From assembly GCA_963663965.2 (NCBI GenBank), contig CAXXFK010000012.1:1-64000 (forward strand): a DNA stretch of 64,000 bases, read 5' to 3'. The translations under genes and the position numbers were made by a program. Of the stretch, positions 41,952 to 50,694 are shown piece by piece. The notes under the pieces were generated by a model. The model had not been told where the DNA came from. It saw nothing but the letters and a program-made list of their open reading frames with translations, and did no database searches. This stretch comes from Sedimentisphaerales bacterium (GTDB lineage Bacteria; Planctomycetota; Phycisphaerae; Sedimentisphaerales; SM23-30). Each line of letters begins with the position of its first letter. Within the stretch, counting starts at the first letter, position 1.

Positions 41952-43550
41952 ATGCACAAACAACGCGTTATCATCATCGGCATCGACGGTGGCACCTGGG
42001 ATGTTTTTAATCCAATGATCGAACAAGGCCTCATGCCTGATCTCTTGTCATTAAAAACAACCGGCTGCTCTGGAATCCTGATGTCAACCGATCCCCCTTC
42101 AACCCCGCCCGGTTGGACCACCCTGATGACCGGTATGCTCCCCGGCAAGCATCGTGTCATTGGCTTTGATGAATACGACCATCTCACCGATACCATGCGC
42201 TATACCAATTCCAGCTCAATCGCGGTTGAAACCATGTGGAGTTACTTAAGTCGTCTGGGTTATCGCGTGGCGTCTCTAAATATGCCCCAGACCTACCCTC
42301 CTTTCCAGGTGAATGGAATAATGGTTTCTGGTTTCGGCTGTCCGGGTATGGATTGTCAGTTTAGTTGGCCCCCTGCTTTTAAACAGAAAATTCTTGATTC
42401 GATTCCAGACTATGACCTTACCCTCGGCTGGAATGGCGGCCAGGATATGATCGACCCTCAGGCCTTTTCCCGGGCAATCACTACTACGATAAAAAGACTC
42501 GATTACGAACGGCAACTTTTCGATCTCGCCTGTCAGGAATGCGATTGGGATATCCTGCTTTTTCAATTGCACCAGATCGACTCCTTTCTGCACCGCGGCT
42601 GGGGCTATACTATTCCGGGCGCGTTATCCGATCGCCCCCATCTGCAAAGCCAACTGCATAAAATGTTTCAAGCGTTCGATAAACTGATCGGTTATCTCGC
42701 CGCCTCCTGCCAGCCCAACGGCTCAGTAATGATCGTCAGCGATCACGGCCACGGACCGGCCCCCAAAGCCCAGATCAAACCCAATGTCGCCCTCCGTCAG
42801 ACCGGCTATCTCAAAACCCGGCGCAGCTTAAAAAGAATCGGCAACCGGATTATTAAAAATTGCCGGAAACTGACAGGGAAAACTACCCACTTCCAATCCG
42901 GCGAGACCAGGATTCGCGAAAAATTGATGATCGATGCTCGCCATACCCGGGCATTCTGTATTAACGCCGTCGGTTATTGCTCGGTGGTCATCAATCTCAA
43001 AGGCAGACAAAAAGAGGGTATCGTAGAGCCGTCCGATTATCATGAGACGATTAATAACCTAAAACACTTGTTTGAATCTATTGAAGATCCTGATTCCGGC
43101 AATAAAATTTTTCAACGCGCCGTCACGCCCGCCGAACTATATGGGATCGACGCCCGCAATGACTGCCGTTTTGGCGATGTTATCTTCTTCCCATATCCCC
43201 AATACGGATTGAGCCGCTCAACCAAAGGCGATTCAATCCTGAAATATTCATCCAATCCCTATAAGGGTTGCCATCGCAAAGAAGGGATGTATGTCCTGAA
43301 CGGCCCTTCTTTCAAATCCGGTCTGAACCTGAATGCCAGTATTGCCGATATCGTTCCAACACTATACGGCATCATGCAGGTCGACCTTCCAGAAAATCTG
43401 GACGGCCGGATTCTTCACGAAGCGCTGAATTATAAACTGGAAACCCAATACACCAACTCTGCTCCAGTCACAGATACCGGCACCAAACGGTTGAGCGAAT
43501 CGGATGAAGCGCTGATCCACCAACGCCTGGTAAATATGGGATACCTCTAA
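41952..43550 (+). CDS. Alkaline-phosphatase superfamily (NPP/phosphodiesterase-like) protein
   Basis: IGIDG, PPSTPPGW, TGMLPGKH, VSDHG, IADIVPT. No signal peptide. Confidence 0.9.
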   Translation: MHKQRVIIIGIDGGTWDVFNPMIEQGLMPDLLSLKTTGCSGILMSTDPPSTPPGWTTLMTGMLPGKHRVIGFDEYDHLTDTMRYTNSSSIAVETMWSYLSRLGYRVASLNMPQTYPPFQVNGIMVSGFGCPGMDCQFSWPPAFKQKILDSIPDYDLTLGWNGGQDMIDPQAFSRAITTTIKRLDYERQLFDLACQECDWDILLFQLHQIDSFLHRGWGYTIPGALSDRPHLQSQLHKMFQAFDKLIGYLAASCQPNGSVMIVSDHGHGPAPKAQIKPNVALRQTGYLKTRRSLKRIGNRIIKNCRKLTGKTTHFQSGETRIREKLMIDARHTRAFCINAVGYCSVVINLKGRQKEGIVEPSDYHETINNLKHLFESIEDPDSGNKIFQRAVTPAELYGIDARNDCRFGDVIFFPYPQYGLSRSTKGDSILKYSSNPYKGCHRKEGMYVLNGPSFKSGLNLNASIADIVPTLYGIMQVDLPENLDGRILHEALNYKLETQYTNSAPVTDTGTKRLSESDEALIHQRLVNMGYL

Positions 43551-43555
43551 TCCAG

Positions 43556-44878
43556 ATGAAATCTAATCACTCAAAATTAATGGTATTGAGCCTCGATGGG
43601 GTACCTTTCGATTTTTTGCTCGAACAAACCCGCTCAGGCATGATGCCCAACCTGGCAGAACTCATAAAAAGTTGCCCATCCCAAAAAATGCGTTCGGCAC
43701 ACCCAACCGTCTCTTCCGTCGCCTGGTCAAATTATATGACCGGACGAAACCCCGGCAAACATGGCATCTTCGGTTTTGTCGAACGGCGCCCGGAAAGTTA
43801 CGAGATCTATTTTCCTAATTCTTCCAATATGTCCGGCCCTCATATTTGGGAAATCCTCAGTCATGCAAAAAAACGTGTGATCGGATTAAACATTCCCGTC
43901 ACATACCCACCTCGACCCATCAATGGGATTCTCGTTGGCGGATTCCTGGCGCCTGGACTGGAAAAAGCGGTCTATCCGCTGGAATGTCTTGAATTCCTGC
44001 GCCAGATGAATTACCGGATTGATATCGATACCCAATTGGCACGTCAGGATAAAACCGCCATGCTGCGCGATCTCCATACCGTTCTGGATAGTCGCATAAA
44101 AACCACCCTCGCATTACTGCGTAACGAAGAGTGGGATTTCTTCCATGTCCATATCATGGGAACCGACCGGATCAACCATTTTTTCTGGCACGATAAAGAC
44201 AATCCTGACTCACCTTATCACCCGTCATTTTACGAATTCTATCGTGAATTGGACCTGCAACTCGCTCAAATTCTCGATGAACTCCCTCAGGATACCGCTC
44301 TCATGTTATTGAGCGACCATGGTTTTTGCCCGATTCGTTACGAAGTGATGCTGTCACGTTTTCTGGTAGAAACCGGCTGGACGACACCAGGGACGCCAGT
44401 CGTCCAGCCATTATCGATTATCCCCGAACAATCACGGGCGTATTGCCTGATTCCCGGACGCATCTATCTCAATGTTCAGGGACGTGAACCCCATGGGATC
44501 GTTGCCCCTTCAGATTATGACAGCACGCTCGAACAACTCTCCAAAGACCTGACGGCATTAACCGATCCAGATACCGGCCAACCTGTTATTGACCGAATCT
44601 ACCGCGGAGAAGAACTATTCAGCCGGGCACATCTGGATGTTCCTCAACCACCCGATCTCCTGGTCTGTCCTCATAATGGTTACGACCTCAAAATGGGACT
44701 GACCGCGCCCCAGACCTTTGTACGCACTGAATTGCAGGGGATGCACACCTATGATGATGCGTTCTTAATGACTCGCGGATTCAATCCCGAATCGGATAAT
44801 CTCGAAATCAAAAACCTCGCTAAACTGATTTTAAAATTTTTCAACATCACCCCACCTCAACAACTCGATGAACGATGA
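43556..44878 (+). CDS. Alkaline-phosphatase superfamily (NPP/phosphodiesterase-like) protein
   Basis: SLDG, PTVSSVAW, TGRNPGKHG, DRINH, LSDHGF, GMH. Confidence 0.9.
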   Translation: MKSNHSKLMVLSLDGVPFDFLLEQTRSGMMPNLAELIKSCPSQKMRSAHPTVSSVAWSNYMTGRNPGKHGIFGFVERRPESYEIYFPNSSNMSGPHIWEILSHAKKRVIGLNIPVTYPPRPINGILVGGFLAPGLEKAVYPLECLEFLRQMNYRIDIDTQLARQDKTAMLRDLHTVLDSRIKTTLALLRNEEWDFFHVHIMGTDRINHFFWHDKDNPDSPYHPSFYEFYRELDLQLAQILDELPQDTALMLLSDHGFCPIRYEVMLSRFLVETGWTTPGTPVVQPLSIIPEQSRAYCLIPGRIYLNVQGREPHGIVAPSDYDSTLEQLSKDLTALTDPDTGQPVIDRIYRGEELFSRAHLDVPQPPDLLVCPHNGYDLKMGLTAPQTFVRTELQGMHTYDDAFLMTRGFNPESDNLEIKNLAKLILKFFNITPPQQLDER

Positions 44879-45678
44879 CAATGCAACGATTAGACGAACT
44901 CGAAAACCAGAGTATTTATATCATTCGCGAAGCCTGGTTCCATTTTAACAAACCAGCGCTTTTATGGTCCATTGGCAAAGATTCAACCACGCTGTTATGG
45001 CTCTGTCGTAAAGCGTTTCTGGGCAAAATCCCCTTCCCGGTACTCCATATCGACACCGGCTACAAATTCGACAAAATGTATGCTTTCCGCGACACCTATG
45101 CGAAACAATGGGATCTGGACCTGATCGTGGCTCGCAATGAATCAGCTATGGCCGCCGGTATGGCCCCCACCCAAAAACTCCAATGCTGTTCCGCTCTCAA
45201 AACCGAAGGCCTTAAACAAGCGGTACGGGAGCAGAACTTTGAAGCCTTATTGCTGGGTATTCGGCGTGATGAACACGGCGTTCGGGCCAAAGAACGTTAT
45301 TTCTCGCCGCGAAACGATAATTTTGAATGGAACTATATGGACCAGCCCCCCGAATTGTGGGATCAATACCGGCAATCGCTGGGAAGTGAAGACCATATCC
45401 GTGTCCACCCCCTGCTGCACTGGCGCGAACTGGATATCTGGCGTTATATCAAGCGCGAACAAATCCCAATTACGGACCTCTATTTTAGTCATCAGGGACA
45501 GCGCTACCGCAGTATTGGATGCGTGCCTGTTGCCAACCGGTCACCATCGCAAGCCCGGACAGTGGATGAAATCATCGCCGAACTGGAGCAAACCCGGGTT
45601 GCCGAACGATCCGGCCGGGCTCAGGATAAAGAAAACGCTTACACCATGCAAAAATTACGCGCGCTGGGTTATATGTAA
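44875..45678 (+). CDS. cysD: Sulfate adenylyltransferase subunit 2
   Basis: LENQSIYIIREA, SIGKDS, HIDTG, RRDE...RAKER, RVHPL, RYRSIGC. Confidence 0.95.
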   Translation: MTMQRLDELENQSIYIIREAWFHFNKPALLWSIGKDSTTLLWLCRKAFLGKIPFPVLHIDTGYKFDKMYAFRDTYAKQWDLDLIVARNESAMAAGMAPTQKLQCCSALKTEGLKQAVREQNFEALLLGIRRDEHGVRAKERYFSPRNDNFEWNYMDQPPELWDQYRQSLGSEDHIRVHPLLHWRELDIWRYIKREQIPITDLYFSHQGQRYRSIGCVPVANRSPSQARTVDEIIAELEQTRVAERSGRAQDKENAYTMQKLRALGYM

Positions 45679-45705
45679 TCCGACACGCCGGCAGAGGATA
45701 TTCAT

Positions 45706-46960
45706 ATGAGACAAGAAACGTACCCGACTCGTTATCACCGGACATGTCGACCATGGCAAAAGCACACTCATCGGACGCATCCTTTTCGATACCAATTCCC
45801 TCACCCTTGACAAAAAACAGGAGATAGAATCGCTTTGCAGCACACCCGATAACGACACCCCGGAATTTGCCGCGGTCATGGACAGCCTCAGTGAAGAACG
45901 CGAACAGAAAATCACGGTGGATAGTTCTCATATCGATTTCAGTTATCAGGGACATGAATTCTCTATTATCGATGCGCCCGGCCATAAACAGTTCATCAAA
46001 AATATGATCACCGGCGCTTCACAGGCAAATGCCGCTGTTTTACTGGTCGATGCCCGGGAAGGGATCCAGGAACAGACCTATCGCCACCTTTACCTGCTCA
46101 ACATTCTGGGAATTGATCGTATTATCGCTGCCGTCAACAAAATGGACCAGGTCAATTATGATTCGGCCGTTTATGATCGCATCAAACACCAGCTGCTGGA
46201 AATTGCCAAAAAGCTCGATTTCGAATTCGTTGCGATTATTCCGATTTCAGCGTTAAAAGGCGATCTGCTTGTCAATCCCAGTCCCAAAATGCCCTGGTAT
46301 CGAGGGACTCCCTTAATCGATCAACTGGTTGCTATCGATATCCAAACCAGGCCGCTCGGTGAGTTCCGGCTGCCAGTTCAGGGGCTTTTCAAACTGGATG
46401 ATACCGAGTATATATTAGGAACGGTTGCTTCTGGTGAAATCGCTCCGGACACTTCTGTCGCGATTTATCCAGGCAAACAATCGGCTCGAATTAAATCGAT
46501 TCAACAATGGCATCGCCAACTCTCACAGGCAACTCCGGGAATGGCGGTCGCATTGAATATTGAATTGGCCGATCCCGATGCGTCTCTGCCACAACGCGGG
46601 AATATTATCGGTCCTATTGACAATTCCCTGCTTTTAACCAATGTCTTTGATGCCACTCTATTCATCATGGACAATACCTTTATTAACGTGGATGAACCGC
46701 TCGAACTCTGCTGCTCCACCCAGAAAGTAAACTGCCGAATCGTTCGAATTACCCGTAAACAAAACGCCGCTAACCTGGAAATTATCGAAAACCCTGGCAC
46801 TCAACTGGCTGATGCTGATATTGCCGGCGTCGAAATCGCCACAGATCAAAATATCTGTATCGAAGACTTTCAGGATATCCCCACCATGGGCCGTTTTACC
46901 CTGCTAAAGAGCGACCATACCATAGCCGGCGGAGTCATCAATAAAACGAGCGGACTGTAA
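45706..46960 (+). CDS. cysN: Sulfate adenylyltransferase subunit 1 (GTPase), +1 frameshift near the start
   Basis: GHVDHGKST lies in frame upstream of the ORF-track start; DAPGH, NKMD, ISAL. GAGGA-ATG 45706 is one base out of frame. No CysC domain. Confidence 0.9.
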
Positions 46961-47108
46961 ATAACCAATATGTTTCATAACCTTCTTTAAAATAACAAGT
47001 TATCTAATCAAATGGATACTTGCATGGAAATGATCCTGTTTTCTATTGACCACAAAACTTGCGCCATCTAAGATTAATCATTTCTAACCATATATTAAGT
47101 AGCACTTT

Positions 47109-48725
47109 ATGGAAGATAAACCCATACCTCCCCGCCGTTATCTGCCCCGCATCGACAGCGACTTAATGGGCCAGCTATACACCGATACCGTCATTATTGG
47201 CGGTGGTATTGCCGGTTTGCGCGCGGCGATTGCCGCAGCAGAAACAGGCCGGGTCATTATCCTGGTCAAAGATAAAGTAAATCGCAGCAACACCTGGCTG
47301 GCCCAGGGCGGCATCGCTGCGGTCATTGAAGAAACCGACACGTTTGAGAGTCACATCGAAGACACCCTGCGGACCGGATGCGGTTTATCTGATCCCGACG
47401 TTGTGAATGAAGTCGTCCGGGCAGCGCCTGACCATATCCGTCAACTTCAGAACTGGACCGCCCCGTTCGATACCCTCAATGGCCGGCTCGCCACCGGACG
47501 AGAAGGCGGTCACAGCCAGTCTCGCATAATCCATGCCTATGGTGATGCCACCGGCCGCGCTCTGGCAGAATGCTTATTGAATCAGGTCCTCAACCACAAA
47601 AATATCAAAATATTCGAAGATTGTTTCTGCATAGATTTACTCACCGCGGAAAAGGATTGTGTAGGCGTCTGCTGCTGGCATCCCAAACACCGCATGCAAT
47701 GCATCTGGTCGCGCCAGACGATTCTGGCCAGTGGAGGCGCCGGTCAACTATGGCGCGAAAGCACCAATCCCTCCGGAGCCACTGCCGATGGACTGGCCAT
47801 GGCCTGGCGCGCCGGGGCGACTCTCGCCAACCTGGAATTCATGCAGTTCCACCCCACCACACTCTACATCGCCGGGGCCGACCGCTCCCTGATCACCGAA
47901 GCGCTCCGCGGTGAAGGTGCACGCCTGGTAGATACCCACGGCCATCGTTTTATGTCCGATTTTCACGAGCAGGGCGAACTGGCCCCTCGCGATGTCGTCA
48001 GCCGGGCTATCTATCACCAGATGCATCATACTGAAAGCACCCATGTCTACTTGGATGTTCGCCATCTCGGCAGCAAACTCATGCAGGAACGCTTCCCCAC
48101 AATCAGCGCCTTGTGTCAATCATTCGATATCGATGTTGACCACGATCTGATTCCCGTTCGGCCCAGCGCCCATTATATGATCGGCGGCGTCAAGGTCGAC
48201 CGGCTTGGCCAGACCAGTATTCCTAATTTGTATTGTTGCGGCGAAGCGGCCTCCACCGGTCTTCACGGCGCCAATCGTCTGGCCAGCAACTCCTTGCTGG
48301 AAGGGCTGGTCTATGGCAAAATTGTCGGCCAGCAGGTTGCCCGGATTCTGCAATCGAATCCCGGCCGCGCCGAACGCTATTCGATTGTGTTTGAAGTCCC
48401 CGAATCACCCCGTACCCGGTTGGATATCGTCGATGTCTACAACTCATTGCGCGCCGTGATGTGGCGCAACGTCGGATTGGTCCGTATCGGCGAACGCCTG
48501 GATGAAACCCTCGAAATCATCGATTTCTGGCGACGCTATGTCATGGACAAAGTCTTCGACGAACCCGCCAGCTGGCAATGTCAGAACATGCTGACCATCT
48601 CACGCCTGATCACTTCAGCGGCCTTGACGCGCCGGGAAAGCCGGGGCGTCCATTTCCGCAAAGACTTCCCGGATAACGATGATGCCAGATTCAAATACTC
48701 GATCGAAATGCAACTGCCGCAATAA
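47109..48725 (+). CDS. nadB: L-aspartate oxidase
   Basis: GGGIAG, AQGGIAA, REGGHS, QFHPT, HYMIGG, GLHGANRLASNSLLEG. Confidence 0.97.
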   Translation: MEDKPIPPRRYLPRIDSDLMGQLYTDTVIIGGGIAGLRAAIAAAETGRVIILVKDKVNRSNTWLAQGGIAAVIEETDTFESHIEDTLRTGCGLSDPDVVNEVVRAAPDHIRQLQNWTAPFDTLNGRLATGREGGHSQSRIIHAYGDATGRALAECLLNQVLNHKNIKIFEDCFCIDLLTAEKDCVGVCCWHPKHRMQCIWSRQTILASGGAGQLWRESTNPSGATADGLAMAWRAGATLANLEFMQFHPTTLYIAGADRSLITEALRGEGARLVDTHGHRFMSDFHEQGELAPRDVVSRAIYHQMHHTESTHVYLDVRHLGSKLMQERFPTISALCQSFDIDVDHDLIPVRPSAHYMIGGVKVDRLGQTSIPNLYCCGEAASTGLHGANRLASNSLLEGLVYGKIVGQQVARILQSNPGRAERYSIVFEVPESPRTRLDIVDVYNSLRAVMWRNVGLVRIGERLDETLEIIDFWRRYVMDKVFDEPASWQCQNMLTISRLITSAALTRRESRGVHFRKDFPDNDDARFKYSIEMQLPQ

Positions 48726-48728
48726 AAC

Positions 48729-49274
48729 TCATTTATCCAGATACCAGTTAAAATCACGCGGTGAGTCCCTCCAGCTTTTCTTCTCGTGCAATGCCCGCCA
48801 GGTTGATACAAACTCACGGCCGGCCTGATTGACCTGTTCCAAAGCATCTCGAAATGCCACAGGAAAACCCTGCCGGCCATCGGCCATCCGCTGATAACTG
48901 CCTAGCAATACCCGATACTTCTTTCGAATGCTCATCGAATAGGAATAAAGTTTGTTCAGCTCCTGGACCTGGCTGCGTGACAGGTTAAAGTTTGAACTCG
49001 CCCGGCTGCTGAAATAAGCGACTTGAGTCTGATCAATATTATGCAATGCCGTTAAATACTCCTCTTCAGGCTGCCCCGCCACTGGTAATGCCAGCATATA
49101 ATTAATACGGTTGACTAAGGGCTCCCAGAGCAGGAGTTGCTGTTGATACGCCTGATACTGGGCACGATTTATCGGCCCTTCCGACATCTCCTTCTCCGCG
49201 GTCGTTTTACATCCTGATATGACGATAACCAGAATAATTAATCCCGTCAGCAGACCATATTTTCGCGTCATCAT
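48729..49274 (-). CDS. Hypothetical helical lipoprotein
   Basis: MMTRKYGLL...ISGC lipobox. Start reassigned to 49274. Confidence 0.72.
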   Translation of the reverse strand: MMTRKYGLLTGLIILVIVISGCKTTAEKEMSEGPINRAQYQAYQQQLLLWEPLVNRINYMLALPVAGQPEEEYLTALHNIDQTQVAYFSSRASSNFNLSRSQVQELNKLYSYSMSIRKKYRVLLGSYQRMADGRQGFPVAFRDALEQVNQAGREFVSTWRALHEKKSWRDSPRDFNWYLDK

Positions 49275-49631
49275 AACTTGATTCCTGATCGTTAATGTCA
49301 TCATAATCGATACCAGTATTATAGTTTGACATATTTTATCGGTCCTGACAAGAATCGATTCCCTTACCCCTGCCCTGATATAGGACGAACCGGCTGGACA
49401 CACCAAACTTTTTATTCGCTAATCCCCTTACCTTCATCCAGTTACGAAAATGCTGAGATAATATTTACAAATCACTTATCACCGGTTTTTATCTGCCCGA
49501 ATACAGGTAACATGAGATCAAAATGGAAATTTAATAAAGACCGATAATAGACTCATCATTTAAATTTAAGTGTTACGCTCTCATAAAACTTTCTGCGAAA
49601 AAACGCATACACACACCCCCCTCATAGACGT

Positions 49632-49677
49632 AATCCGATCTTGCCGGAGTGTATCGGTGAGATCGGGTTCGTTTTTT
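49632..49677 (+). terminator. Plus-strand terminator-like hairpin between two minus-strand genes
   Basis: 14-15 bp stem with three G-U pairs valid only on + strand RNA, followed by T6. Confidence 0.6.
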
Positions 49678-49733
49678 GGGTCATCTCACCAGATTCGATC
49701 AATTCCACCTAGGCGATCCCCTCTTCCATTGCA

Positions 49734-50330
49734 TCACGGCCCGATCAGATAGCCGTTATCTACCGCTTTTTGGATCAAATCGACGGCAAACTGCCACAAG
49801 GCCGGCGCTCCTGCCGCCATATGCCGGTTTCTTTCACGAACCTGTTCCGCCCGGATCCCATGCTCTTGCCAGGCCCGGCCTTGAGTATGAAAATTATGCA
49901 TCATTGGCATCAACCGGTCTACCGCCGCGGCAAAACGCGATTCCGGTGTCGAACGCGACTCAAACTCTTCCCAGAGCGCCCAGATCTCCCGACATTGATC
50001 TGATGGCAATAAGGCAAATATCCGCTCTGCCGCCTGTCGTTCTCGCTCCGCCTTGTCCTGATACCCTTTCTCATCATAACAGAACGTATCCCCGGCATCG
50101 ATCTCGACAATATCATGAATCAATACCATCTTCAATACCTTGAAAATATCGATTGGCTCGGCGGCGTGTTCATGCAGAAACATAACCATAATCGCCAGCT
50201 GCCAGGCATGTTCCGCGTCATTTTCATGACGATCGGTCCCCGGAACATATGTCCGACGAAAAACATTCTTTAACTTATCCATTTCCAGAATAAAGTTGAT
50301 CTGCTGTTGCAACCGTTCGAAAGCTGCCAT
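49734..50330 (-). CDS. HD-domain phosphohydrolase (YfbR/HDDC2-like)
   Basis: ENDAEHAW, IHDIVEIDAGD, DRL. Confidence 0.92.
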   Translation of the reverse strand: MAAFERLQQQINFILEMDKLKNVFRRTYVPGTDRHENDAEHAWQLAIMVMFLHEHAAEPIDIFKVLKMVLIHDIVEIDAGDTFCYDEKGYQDKAERERQAAERIFALLPSDQCREIWALWEEFESRSTPESRFAAAVDRLMPMMHNFHTQGRAWQEHGIRAEQVRERNRHMAAGAPALWQFAVDLIQKAVDNGYLIGP

Positions 50331-50694
50331 AAATTGCCCCCTGAATTAATGCCGGGAGTTAAATGGGTACCTGAATTACACGGATACCCAGTTTTATCAC
50401 TGTGAAATAAGGCTGTCCAGACCAAAATGCGGATTATAACGATTTTATCTGGGGTATCAAAAATCCGTGGCGATATCCGATTAGGATACTTTTATCCATA
50501 ATAACAGTCGTATCGATTATAACAAATATGCCGATTCTCCTGATGATCGTTGAACGGATGATCACTTGGAGGATAATTCAAAAAATTGCTCTGGAGGCGC
50601 CCTAAAGTATTAATGCGATTAATAGGATAATAGTATATGGAATCAAGGGGTTGGGGAATGCCTGTCTGTCAACATGGAGTAAGACAAATATCCC

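Noticed and set aside
39500..45730. Programmed +1 frameshifting in the esterase and cysN
   Set aside because: In-frame codons offer no cognate re-pairing or stimulator, and a nearby compensating indel pair points to sequencing error.
49512..49547. 11-codon ORF MRSKWKFNKDR as a leader peptide
   Set aside because: Weak RBS and no downstream plus-strand gene to attenuate.
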